A model generated the notes under the pieces. The model was not told the origin of the DNA. It saw only the letters and a list, made by a program, of their open reading frames with translations, and did no database searches. From assembly GCA_963525425.1 (NCBI GenBank), contig CAURII010000002.1:145259-209258 (forward strand): a stretch of 64,000 bases of DNA. Direction: 5' to 3'. Made by a program: the position numbers and the translations under genes. The DNA is from an uncultured Candidatus Saccharibacteria bacterium (GTDB lineage Bacteria > Patescibacteriota > Saccharimonadia > Saccharimonadales > Saccharimonadaceae). Every line of letters starts with the position of its first letter. The first letter of the stretch is position 1. Of the stretch, positions 40,743-49,661 are shown one piece after another.

Positions 40743-41044
40743 TCATCCATTTACGTCCAGTCGTCGGATCATTTGCCGAAAATAAAGAAAAAGCTAAGGA
40801 GCTGCGCGTCAACAAAATTATGCCAACTCTGGCTCAACGAAAAAAAGTCACATTAGATTTCAAAGGTGTTGATGGCGCAACCCAGTCATTTATTCACGCT
40901 CTCATTAGCGACCCAATCCGTAAGTATGGTGATGAAGCCTACGATAAGTTGTATTATAAAAATATTAACGAAGATGTGAAAGAAATTGTATCTACCGTCT
41001 ACCGATATATGCAAGAAAGCCTAGACGGCGGGAGCGGTGAATAA
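40739..41044 (+). CDS. STAS-like domain protein (DUF4325)
   Basis: 101 aa; VTLDFKGVDGATQSFIHAL; coupled to the HATPase. Confidence 0.75.
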   Translation: MIIHLRPVVGSFAENKEKAKELRVNKIMPTLAQRKKVTLDFKGVDGATQSFIHALISDPIRKYGDEAYDKLYYKNINEDVKEIVSTVYRYMQESLDGGSGE

Positions 41045-42890
41045 AATGAACGGCTACAACGACAACATACATCAGCAGCAAGTTGACAAACTCCAGCAGC
41101 TCTTCCCCGAGGTGGTCACCGAAGGCAAAATCGACTGGCAGAAGCTCCAGGCGACACTAGGCGAGGCGGTTGATTTGGGTGAGCGCTATGGCCTTGGCTG
41201 GAAGGGTAAGAGCGACGTCTTCGCTGCCATCCAGGAGAAGACTGTCCAGACGCTCCATCCCGACCGGGTGAATTCCGTTGATTGGGATACGACGGGTAAT
41301 ATGTTTATCGAGGGCGATAATCTGGCGGCGCTGAAGATCTTGCACAAGGCGTATTACGGCAAGGTCAAGATGATTTATATTGATCCACCCTACAACACTG
41401 GTAATGATTTCATCTACAATGACAACTTCAAGCAGACACGCCGTAGCTATGAGGCGGAAGCAGGTATCACCGATGACGAGGGCAATGTTGTGCGGGATGA
41501 CGGCCTGCGCACCAATACCGGCGGACATAAGCACAGCAACTGGCTGAATATGATGTATCCACGCCTCTTTTTGGCACGCAACCTGCTCCGCCAAGACGGC
41601 GTTATCTTCGTATCTATCGACGACAACGAAGTCCACAACCTCCGCCTGATGATGAATGAGATATTTGGAGAGGAGAATTTTGTAGCGCAGATTGTGTGGC
41701 AAAAGAAGTACGCTGCATCTAATGACGTTAAAGGTATAGCTGCTATGCATGACTATATTCTTTGCTTCTCTAAATCAGACAGATTTACCCGAAACTTGTT
41801 GCCTCGCACGGACAAGCAAAACTCAATGTATAAATTTGATGACAATGATGGTAGGGGAAGATATCGTTCCGACAACCTTCTAGTTCGGACGTTCTCGCAA
41901 TCTGCAGTATTTCCAATAACTAATCCGAATACGGGCGAGGAATTTATGCCACGACCTGGTAATAGCTGGAGGGGCAGCAGAGAGACTATTACCAAATGGC
42001 TAGATGAAGGTCGAATATTCTTTGGTAAAGACGGTAAAGGTGCTCCACAGCTAAAACGCTATCTATCAGAAGTGCAGCAGGGGCTTGTCCCAACAACGTG
42101 GTGGACTTTCGATGAAGCTGGCCATAACGATAGTGCGAACAAGGAGATTCAGCAAGTTTTTGGTGCGACACGGGCATTGTTTGATACGCCTAAGCCTACT
42201 AGACTGATAAAAAGAATTTTACAGATTGCCACTGACAAAGAATCTATTATTCTCGACTTCTTCTCCGGCTCTGGCACGACCGCTCATGCTGTCGCCGAGC
42301 TTAATGCTGAAGACGGCGGCAATCGTCGTTGGATTTGCGTGCAGCTGCCTGAGCTGACTGACGAGAAGTCGGAGGCGTATAAATCTGGCTACCGCACTAT
42401 CGCCGACATTGCTCGTGAGCGTATCCGTCGGGCGGGCGCCAAAATCCAGGCTGACCAGGCGGACAAGCTCGCCTCTCGTGACACTCCGCTTGACCTTGGT
42501 TTCCGGGCGTATCGGGTGGATGATAGCAACTTCAAGCAGTGGAACGAGCTGGTTTCTGATCCAGAAGAAATTCGCCAGCAGGCGCTCGCCAACCTTGACC
42601 CTCTGGAGGAGGGTACGACTGATGACGACCTGCTGACCGAGCTGCTGCTCAAGCGTGGCATCTCGCCGTTGACGAAGATTGAGCAGTACGATAACTTCTG
42701 CTTTATCCCGTCCGAAAAGCTGGCTATGTGTTTGGCGCACTCCATGACAGAAGAGCTATTTACGACTATCCTCGTCACCAAACCATCATCCATCATCCTC
42801 CTCGACCGAGCCTTCGGTGACGATGTGAATCTAAAAGTAAATTTGCTCTTGCGAGCTGAGCGGCAGGGTGTAGAGGTGGAGGTTGTGTGA
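41037..42890 (+). CDS. mod: Type III restriction-modification methyltransferase
   Basis: FPEVVTEGKID, IEGDNL, IYIDPPYNTG, HSNWL.MMYPRL, FDTPKP, LDFFSGSGTT. Confidence 0.95.
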   Translation: MNKMNGYNDNIHQQQVDKLQQLFPEVVTEGKIDWQKLQATLGEAVDLGERYGLGWKGKSDVFAAIQEKTVQTLHPDRVNSVDWDTTGNMFIEGDNLAALKILHKAYYGKVKMIYIDPPYNTGNDFIYNDNFKQTRRSYEAEAGITDDEGNVVRDDGLRTNTGGHKHSNWLNMMYPRLFLARNLLRQDGVIFVSIDDNEVHNLRLMMNEIFGEENFVAQIVWQKKYAASNDVKGIAAMHDYILCFSKSDRFTRNLLPRTDKQNSMYKFDDNDGRGRYRSDNLLVRTFSQSAVFPITNPNTGEEFMPRPGNSWRGSRETITKWLDEGRIFFGKDGKGAPQLKRYLSEVQQGLVPTTWWTFDEAGHNDSANKEIQQVFGATRALFDTPKPTRLIKRILQIATDKESIILDFFSGSGTTAHAVAELNAEDGGNRRWICVQLPELTDEKSEAYKSGYRTIADIARERIRRAGAKIQADQADKLASRDTPLDLGFRAYRVDDSNFKQWNELVSDPEEIRQQALANLDPLEEGTTDDDLLTELLLKRGISPLTKIEQYDNFCFIPSEKLAMCLAHSMTEELFTTILVTKPSSIILLDRAFGDDVNLKVNLLLRAERQGVEVEVV

Positions 42891-43723
42891 TGAGAAAATT
42901 TGTACTTGCTAGGATTCATTACAATGGTTTATTTGGAGCTTTTTTTAAAGATAATATAGAAAATGATCTGCGTGATATAGAAAAAAGTAATGGATTTATT
43001 TCCACTGACTCGTATCATTGGTTTATTAGGTCTATCACTAAAGAACAGGTAGATGGACTTGAAGTGATTATTGGTAAGATTGTAAAAATTATTCCTAGCC
43101 AGGAGTATATAACAATTAGCGAGGATACAAAGGAAGAGAGGGAGTCGGAGGTTAATGAGGTAAAGAATCAGGAAAGCAGTTTTTATATATGTGTGGGTCT
43201 GAATCTTGCGGCATTTGAAGTGTCAAAAATGGTGACAATTAATCAAATAAAAAAAGTTCTTGTTGCTGGGTTCCTTAAAACAACAAAGGAATACGAACCA
43301 GTTATAGACTATACTTACGATGACGATAGGATTATTGAAAAACTTAATAAATTCTCATCAGCAAAATTTGCTAATTTTAAACTTGTAGCGACCAATCCTC
43401 ATGCCAACGATGAATTCAAGCCGCTTGACGATCAGCTTCAGAAGTCAAATGTGAAAAATGCACAGTTTACTTATCGAGCTGGGGAAGATGGTAAGCTAGA
43501 TATCAAATCTCCAGAATCAATTGTTCGTCAGTCTTTGATGATGGCAGCGGCCGGATACGGCAGAGGCACTATTCATGGTTTTGACCTCAATGACAAGGCG
43601 TACACGCTTCAACTTGGTGATAATTTAATAGACAAGCTTGAAATTGGTGAAGATCTAGACAACAGTACTGTAATAAATATAGTGATGAAGCGATTTAAGG
43701 ATAAGGATCAAAGAAATGTATAA
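42887..43723 (+). CDS. Hypothetical soluble protein, DUF4747-like
   Basis: 278 aa, AT-rich; beta-rich N half, then TNP and MAAAGYG, which I recall from DUF4747-like proteins (unverified). Confidence 0.5.
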   Translation: MMRKFVLARIHYNGLFGAFFKDNIENDLRDIEKSNGFISTDSYHWFIRSITKEQVDGLEVIIGKIVKIIPSQEYITISEDTKEERESEVNEVKNQESSFYICVGLNLAAFEVSKMVTINQIKKVLVAGFLKTTKEYEPVIDYTYDDDRIIEKLNKFSSAKFANFKLVATNPHANDEFKPLDDQLQKSNVKNAQFTYRAGEDGKLDIKSPESIVRQSLMMAAAGYGRGTIHGFDLNDKAYTLQLGDNLIDKLEIGEDLDNSTVINIVMKRFKDKDQRNV

Positions 43724-44195
43724 CTCTTTCTTTCGTAACCTATTTCAATTTGGCATAAGTAGAATATTTATGTCAGTTGACTTTATGCTTGCTCTTTTTA
43801 TAACTATAGCGATAGAAAGAGCGACTATCAATATGACGATAGTTTCCATTGATTTGGAGCCGATACTAAACGTTTTAGTAGGACTGTTTTCCTTTGTATT
43901 TGCAGCCTTGGCTATAATGATGGCTTTTTCTGAGACTGGACTTGGTAAACTTCTAACTAAAATGGGTAAACAAAGCAATATATTATTCCATTATTGGTAT
44001 TCCTGCGTAGTGTACTTGACATCTATTCTATATGTGGGATTTTGCTTAGCTATAAAAACAGAGAACAAGTTTCTGATTTTAGGAGTAATATTCTCGACAC
44101 TATATGCAATATTCGTGACGTACAGTTTGGTTAAAACCACTATATCTTTAGGTATATATAAAGATATACACGACACTCGGGAGAATGGGCAGTGA
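43716..44195 (+). CDS. Hypothetical 4-TM membrane protein
   Basis: 159 aa with four hydrophobic stretches; overlaps the upstream ORF by 8 nt. Confidence 0.7.
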   Translation: MYNSFFRNLFQFGISRIFMSVDFMLALFITIAIERATINMTIVSIDLEPILNVLVGLFSFVFAALAIMMAFSETGLGKLLTKMGKQSNILFHYWYSCVVYLTSILYVGFCLAIKTENKFLILGVIFSTLYAIFVTYSLVKTTISLGIYKDIHDTRENGQ

Positions 44196-45151
44196 ACAAT
44201 TTCATCCTCTACAAAACCTCCGACAACAAAGTCTCTATCAATGTCCAAATCCAAGACGAAACGGTTTGGCTGACACAAGAGCAAATGGCTGAGTTATTTA
44301 GTAAGTCTAAGCCTACGATTAACGAGCACATCAAGAATATTTATACAGAAAAAGAGCTATCAGAAGAGGCAACAATGAGAAAATTCGGAAATTCCGAATT
44401 TTCTACAAAGCCGACGAATTATTACAACCTTGACGTCATCATCTCTGTTGGTTATCGGGTTAAGTCATTACGCGGCACGCAGTTCCGCCAGTGGGCAACT
44501 AAGCGGTTGCGTGAGTATATCATCAAGGGCTTTACGATGGATGACGAAAGACTAAAGCAAGGTGGTGGGCGTTATTTCAGAGAACTTCTCCAGCGCATTC
44601 GCGATATCCGCAGTAGCGAGCGTAATCTGTATCAGCAGGTGACGGATATCTATGCGACGAGCATTGATTATAAAAAGGATGCTAAGCTAACCAGGCAATT
44701 CTTCGCAAAAGTGCAAAATAAAATGCATGTTGCAGCGCACGGCAAGACTGCGGCTGAGCTGGTTTACGAGAGAGCGGATGCCAAGAAACCTAATATGGGG
44801 CTGACGAATTTCAAAGGTGATTATATTACTTCGGACGATGTCGAAGTTGCTAAGAATTATCTGAGTGAAGAAGAGTTGAATATCCTCAATTTGATAGTCT
44901 CGCAGTACCTTGATTTTGCTGAGTTGCAAGCAACCAGGCAGAAAGTGATGACAATGCAGCAGTGGATAGACAAGCTAGATGAATTTCTGAAGATTAGCGA
45001 TTCATCAGTGCTGGTCGGAGCTGGCAAAATTAAACACGAACAGGCGATGGTCAAGGCGAAGCGAGAGTTTAAGAAATACCGTGATGAGGAAATGCGCCAA
45101 CTGGAGAGTGATTTTGATAAGGCAACAAAAGAGCTAAGAAGAAGGGGATAA
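44192..45151 (+). CDS. rhuM: RhuM-family DNA-binding protein
   Basis: ETVWLTQ.QMAELF, INEHIKNIY, YNLDVIISVGYRVKS.RGTQFRQWAT, RIRDIRSSER, AKNYL. Confidence 0.9.
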   Translation: MNNFILYKTSDNKVSINVQIQDETVWLTQEQMAELFSKSKPTINEHIKNIYTEKELSEEATMRKFGNSEFSTKPTNYYNLDVIISVGYRVKSLRGTQFRQWATKRLREYIIKGFTMDDERLKQGGGRYFRELLQRIRDIRSSERNLYQQVTDIYATSIDYKKDAKLTRQFFAKVQNKMHVAAHGKTAAELVYERADAKKPNMGLTNFKGDYITSDDVEVAKNYLSEEELNILNLIVSQYLDFAELQATRQKVMTMQQWIDKLDEFLKISDSSVLVGAGKIKHEQAMVKAKREFKKYRDEEMRQLESDFDKATKELRRRG

Positions 45152-45154
45152 TTC

Positions 45155-45760
45155 ATGAAGGGTGCTGTAGAAGACAATTTAGAAGCTGCAATAGATATTT
45201 TTTCAAAGAGCATCTCTGGTGATAAGCTAACAGATCAGCAGCTAGATATACTAACTAATATACCTGTTGTTAAAAATATAACAGCGATAGCTCGATTTTA
45301 CAGATCCATACGCGAAGCTTCTACGGTGAAGAAAATTGTGAAATTTATAGAAACACTGCAAAAGGGGCACCTAGATAAGGAATGTTATGAAAGATTAAAG
45401 AAAAAATATGGTGATAAAAAAATACTAGAAGAGGTATTATTTCGTATTGATCGTATGAGGTCTGTGGCGCATGTTAAAATCCAAGCCCATCTATATAGAG
45501 CGCTTTTGGAAGAAAAGATCACTTGGGACAGGTTTATTCAAATATGTGATGCTGTTGAACAACTGAGTGTTGTAGACATAGACAAGGAGACTGGCCTAGG
45601 CAATCCTGGTTCAAGCTTTATATCTTCCGGTCTTGCATACCTATATTACAATAACGATGTTCCACCTAGGATTGCTCGTAATGGCCATTTCTATAATGAT
45701 TTTTGGGATTATGGACTAAAGCCCTATCAGGAAGAGGTTAATGATGAATCAACTATCTGA
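45155..45760 (+). CDS. Hypothetical helical protein
   Basis: 201-aa AT-rich ORF with SD-like GGGG, in the mod-res gene chain. Confidence 0.6.
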   Translation: MKGAVEDNLEAAIDIFSKSISGDKLTDQQLDILTNIPVVKNITAIARFYRSIREASTVKKIVKFIETLQKGHLDKECYERLKKKYGDKKILEEVLFRIDRMRSVAHVKIQAHLYRALLEEKITWDRFIQICDAVEQLSVVDIDKETGLGNPGSSFISSGLAYLYYNNDVPPRIARNGHFYNDFWDYGLKPYQEEVNDESTI

Positions 45761-45857
45761 CAATACGAGTGATTTATTGCTATTAAATATAAACAGATAC
45801 ACAAAGATGGAAGAGCTTTTTGTTAAAGAAAACTTAGAATTTGGGGTAGTGTTATGA
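45741..45857 (+). CDS. 38-aa mini-ORF or gene remnant coupled to res
   Basis: GAGG SD, then MMNQLSDNTSDLLLLNINRYTKMEELFVKENLEFGVVL; its stop overlaps the res start (ATGA). Confidence 0.4.
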   Translation: MMNQLSDNTSDLLLLNINRYTKMEELFVKENLEFGVVL

Positions 45858-48598
45858 AGCTCCAATTCGAATCCAACCAACAATACCAACTCGACGCCAT
45901 CAATGCGGTGGTGGATATATTTGCTGGGCAGCCAGCGGATAGCGATGGTACGACTCGCCATATGGATCGGGATGGGCAGTTAAGCTTGGAAGCGACAATC
46001 GCTAGAGGAAATAGCTTGGTGCTGGATATGGCGCAGATAACTAAGAATACGCATAAAGTTCAAGAGAAAAATGGCGTCGAGAAAAGTGAAACCAACGAAG
46101 GTGGCTTTGGTATTCCGATGACTTTCCCGCTAGAAATTAGTGAAAAATCTCTGAAGCACGGTATGAATTTCTCCATCGAGATGGAGACTGGCACAGGCAA
46201 AACTTATGTGTACTTACGGACGATTCATGAGCTACACCAGCACTATGCTTGGAAGAAGTTTATCATCGTGGTACCGAGCGTGGCGATTCGTGAGGGTGTG
46301 CTGAAGAACTTGGCGATCACCAGGGAGCACTTCGCCGATCTCTATAACAAGCCGGAGATGGATTACTACGTCTGGGATAGTAAGAAAACTGGTCAGGCGC
46401 GTGAGTTTGCGACGAACGATACCTTGCAGATTATGGTGATCACCATCGACAGCTTCGCCAAGGCACAGAATGTGATGAATCGGCAGAGCGATTATGGTCG
46501 GCCGCTTGATTTCATCAAGGCCACTCACCCGGTAGTCATTCTCGACGAACCGCAGAATATGGAGACTGACATACGGCGGAATGCTATTGCCAGCCTTAAC
46601 CCGCTGTGCACGCTGCGCTATAGTGCCACGCACAAGCACTTATATAATTTGCTTTATCGGCTGACTCCGGTCGATGCCTATGATAAAGGCTTGGTCAAGA
46701 AGATCGAGGTGCATAGTGTCCAGAGTGAGGATAATTATAATGATGCGTATATCAATGTATTGTCGCTAGAGCGCCAGTCGAAGACTCGTTCGTTTGCTAA
46801 AATTGAAGTAGATGCGAGTGACGAGTATGGCTTGCAGCGCAAGATCATCAAGGCGTTTCCGGGTGACGACCTGGAGGCGAAAACGGGACGTCCAGTCTAT
46901 GCCGGCTACTATGTCGAGTCGATCAATCACGGCGATGATTGCGTCGAGTTTAGTAATGGTAAAGTAGTCTACGTTGGTCAACGTGATGAAAGTCTGCATG
47001 ATGACATCATCAAGCGACAGATTGAATTGACGATTGACGATCACTTTGATAAACAGCGCCGACTGGGGAGTAGTGTCAAAGTGCTGAGCCTATTTTTCAT
47101 TGATAAAGTGGCAAATTATCGTGAGTATACGGCGAATGGCGCCCAGAAAGGTAAATTCGCCAAGTGGTTTGAAGAAGCCTACGCTAAGGTGGCATCTAAA
47201 CCAAAATATGCCGGTGTGATGGATGGTTTGTTGGCGAGCGAGGTGCACGATGGCTACTTTGCGGCGGACAAGAGTGGCCAGTGGAAAGACTCTCGTGACA
47301 CCAAGGGCGAGGGTGGCCGTACCAAGGATGACGATACGGCGTATAACTTGATTATGAAGGATAAGGAAAGGCTACTGGATACCGGCGAGCCGTTACGGTT
47401 TATCTTTAGTCACTCGGCACTACGTGAGGGCTGGGATAACCCTAACGTATTTCAGATTTGTACGCTTAATGAGACGTCGAGTCAGATGAAAAAGCGTCAA
47501 GAAATTGGACGAGGGCTGCGCCTGCCGGTTAATGTTGATGGGCAGCGAGTATATGATGACAGTATCAACGTGCTAACGGTAGTGGCCAATGAGAGTTATG
47601 CAGAGTTTAGCCGTAAGCTTCAGACGGAGATTGAGGAAGAGACTGGCATTCATTTCGGCGGACGAATCAAGAATCGTGACAATCGACGAGTCGTCAGGTT
47701 TCAGAAATCACGGGCGCTTGATTCGGCCTTTAAGGAATTATGGGATAAAATTAAGCATAAGACGACTTATCGGGTGGCAATTGATACAGAGAAGTTAGTA
47801 ACGGAGGCGGCTAATGAATTAGCGCAGGTCGCTATCAGCAAACCGCATATCGCTGATGCTAAAACCCTGATTGATTCTATGAATAGCGACAGAGGCTTTA
47901 TGGTGCGCGAGACCGGTTTTAACGCCTATGCGGCACGTCAAACTGAGGTAAAGATACCGAATTTATTAGCGGATATTCAGCTCCGGACGCAGATGACCCG
48001 CCGGGTGATATTTGATGTACTTGATCGGGCGGGGATGTTTGAGCAGATGGCTATTAATCCACAACAGGTGATTGATGAAACAGCTCAGGCGATTAATCGT
48101 GTGAAGCGGCGCTTGGCGGTTGATGGTGTTAAATATCACAGGACAGGCGAGTATTATGACATGACGTTGTTTGAGAATGATGAACTACAGACATACCTGT
48201 ATGATGCAGCGATAAAGAGTGGGGCAATTGCAGTGACTGATCAAACAAAAACCGTCTACGATTATGTGACAGTCGATTCAGAAGTTGAGCGAGAATTCAT
48301 GCAGTCGCTAGAGGATAATGCCGACGTTAAGTTTTATATTAAGCTACCAAGTTGGTTTAAGATTGATACACCGGTTGGTAAGTATAATCCAGATTGGGCG
48401 GTGGCGTTTGATGGGGATAAGCGGATTTACTTTGTGGTGGAGACGAAAGGATCGGATGATATTAACGATAATCACTTGAGCGCCAATGAGCGAAGTAAAA
48501 TTACTGCAGCCCGCCAGCATTTTGCAGAAATTGATGTACCATATGTGGCGCCAGTGCGGAGTTTGCGGCAGGCGTTGACTATGGTCGGAGATGTCTAA
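45854..48598 (+). CDS. res: Type III restriction endonuclease/helicase subunit
   Basis: EMETGTGKTYVY, VVPSVAIREG, DEPQ, RYSATH, SALREGWDNPNVFQIC, QEIGRGLRL, YNPDW...ETKG. Confidence 0.95.
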   Translation: MKLQFESNQQYQLDAINAVVDIFAGQPADSDGTTRHMDRDGQLSLEATIARGNSLVLDMAQITKNTHKVQEKNGVEKSETNEGGFGIPMTFPLEISEKSLKHGMNFSIEMETGTGKTYVYLRTIHELHQHYAWKKFIIVVPSVAIREGVLKNLAITREHFADLYNKPEMDYYVWDSKKTGQAREFATNDTLQIMVITIDSFAKAQNVMNRQSDYGRPLDFIKATHPVVILDEPQNMETDIRRNAIASLNPLCTLRYSATHKHLYNLLYRLTPVDAYDKGLVKKIEVHSVQSEDNYNDAYINVLSLERQSKTRSFAKIEVDASDEYGLQRKIIKAFPGDDLEAKTGRPVYAGYYVESINHGDDCVEFSNGKVVYVGQRDESLHDDIIKRQIELTIDDHFDKQRRLGSSVKVLSLFFIDKVANYREYTANGAQKGKFAKWFEEAYAKVASKPKYAGVMDGLLASEVHDGYFAADKSGQWKDSRDTKGEGGRTKDDDTAYNLIMKDKERLLDTGEPLRFIFSHSALREGWDNPNVFQICTLNETSSQMKKRQEIGRGLRLPVNVDGQRVYDDSINVLTVVANESYAEFSRKLQTEIEEETGIHFGGRIKNRDNRRVVRFQKSRALDSAFKELWDKIKHKTTYRVAIDTEKLVTEAANELAQVAISKPHIADAKTLIDSMNSDRGFMVRETGFNAYAARQTEVKIPNLLADIQLRTQMTRRVIFDVLDRAGMFEQMAINPQQVIDETAQAINRVKRRLAVDGVKYHRTGEYYDMTLFENDELQTYLYDAAIKSGAIAVTDQTKTVYDYVTVDSEVEREFMQSLEDNADVKFYIKLPSWFKIDTPVGKYNPDWAVAFDGDKRIYFVVETKGSDDINDNHLSANERSKITAARQHFAEIDVPYVAPVRSLRQALTMVGDV

Positions 48599-49227
48599 TG
48601 CCGAGCGTGTTTATTTAATAGTTTTACAATAAACCCGCTTCGCCGATACACATAATCACCAACCGCCAATCCTTTGCGAGGGAATGTCTCGGCTAGCTCT
48701 CGTCGTTCAATGTATGTCTTTGTAACTTCGACGATCCATGAGCGACCAGATTTTTCAACCAGATAATAGCGTCTATCGCCTTTAAGTTGTCCAATGGCCT
48801 CGCCGGAAAAAGCCACATCAAGCGTTCCAGCTCCTACGAAAAAGTCGATGATTTTTTGCCACCACGTTAGTCGTCTGTGACGATTTAGCGATTCAATCTT
48901 GTCGGCGTCGGCAAATTTGTCTGCAACTACCAGGTCGGATGCTGAATATCCTTTCGTATCTGTCGGGTAGGCGTCAAGATCAAGAGGTTCGCGCATAGCC
49001 GAAGCCAGTCCTGCTCGTGTGTAGTCAAGCAGCTCGTCCACACTAGTGTTAAATAATTTTGCTAGCACTTGCACGTTGTCTATATCTGGAAAGCCAGCAC
49101 CTCGTTCCCATTTAGCAACTGCTTGTCGCGTAACGTTGAGCCGATCGGCTAGTTGCTCTTGTGACCAATCGGCTTGTTGACGTAATTGTTTAAGTTTTTT
49201 TGCAAAAATCATTTGGCGCCCTTTCAT
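48595..49227 (-). CDS. XRE-family HTH transcriptional regulator
   Basis: LKQLRQQADWSQEQLADRLNVTRQAVAKWERG..PD. Confidence 0.9.
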   Translation of the reverse strand: MKGRQMIFAKKLKQLRQQADWSQEQLADRLNVTRQAVAKWERGAGFPDIDNVQVLAKLFNTSVDELLDYTRAGLASAMREPLDLDAYPTDTKGYSASDLVVADKFADADKIESLNRHRRLTWWQKIIDFFVGAGTLDVAFSGEAIGQLKGDRRYYLVEKSGRSWIVEVTKTYIERRELAETFPRKGLAVGDYVYRRSGFIVKLLNKHARH

Positions 49228-49268
49228 TTATTTTCTAACAGCATAGCGTAATGTTAGTATTTTGGCGA

Positions 49269-49313
49269 GCAACTTTGCGTTGCCTATCGCATGGTAATAC
49301 AATACGCAAAGTT
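49269..49313. promoter_or_regulatory. Candidate XRE operator pair
   Basis: GCAAC-TTTGC-GTTGC palindrome; 10-bp inverted repeat AACTTTGCGT (49271) / ACGCAAAGTT (49304) upstream of the XRE gene. Confidence 0.45.
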
Positions 49314-49377
49314 TGTCTTAGGAGGTATAATAGGGCTAAAGGAAAGGCGATATGACAAAGCCTGTAAGATATTAATC

Positions 49378-49608
49378 ATGAGAATCTTCGTCCATCTCAA
49401 ACCCAACTCCCGCCACCGCGAAGAAGTCGTAGAGAACGATGATGGCTCGCTGACGATTTATACTAAGGCGCCAGCCATTGAAGGACGGGCCAATTTGGCG
49501 GCGGTGAAGCTATTAGCAAAACATTTTGGCGTGGCGTCGTCGAAGGTAAAGTTGGTGCGTGGTGCAGCTTCGAAATATAAGCTGTTTGAGATTACGGATA
49601 ATACATAG
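49378..49608 (+). CDS. DUF167 (YggU-like) protein
   Basis: V.LKPNS, APAIEGRAN.A.VKLLA.HF.V, L.RG..SKYK. Confidence 0.85.
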   Translation: MRIFVHLKPNSRHREEVVENDDGSLTIYTKAPAIEGRANLAAVKLLAKHFGVASSKVKLVRGAASKYKLFEITDNT

Positions 49609-49661
49609 AGATTCAAGGGTGTTATAATACAAAATAGATAAGTTAAAAAAGAAGAACAATA

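Noticed and set aside
41037..42890. Phase-variable simple sequence repeat in mod
   Set aside because: No long SSR tract seen and the frame is intact.
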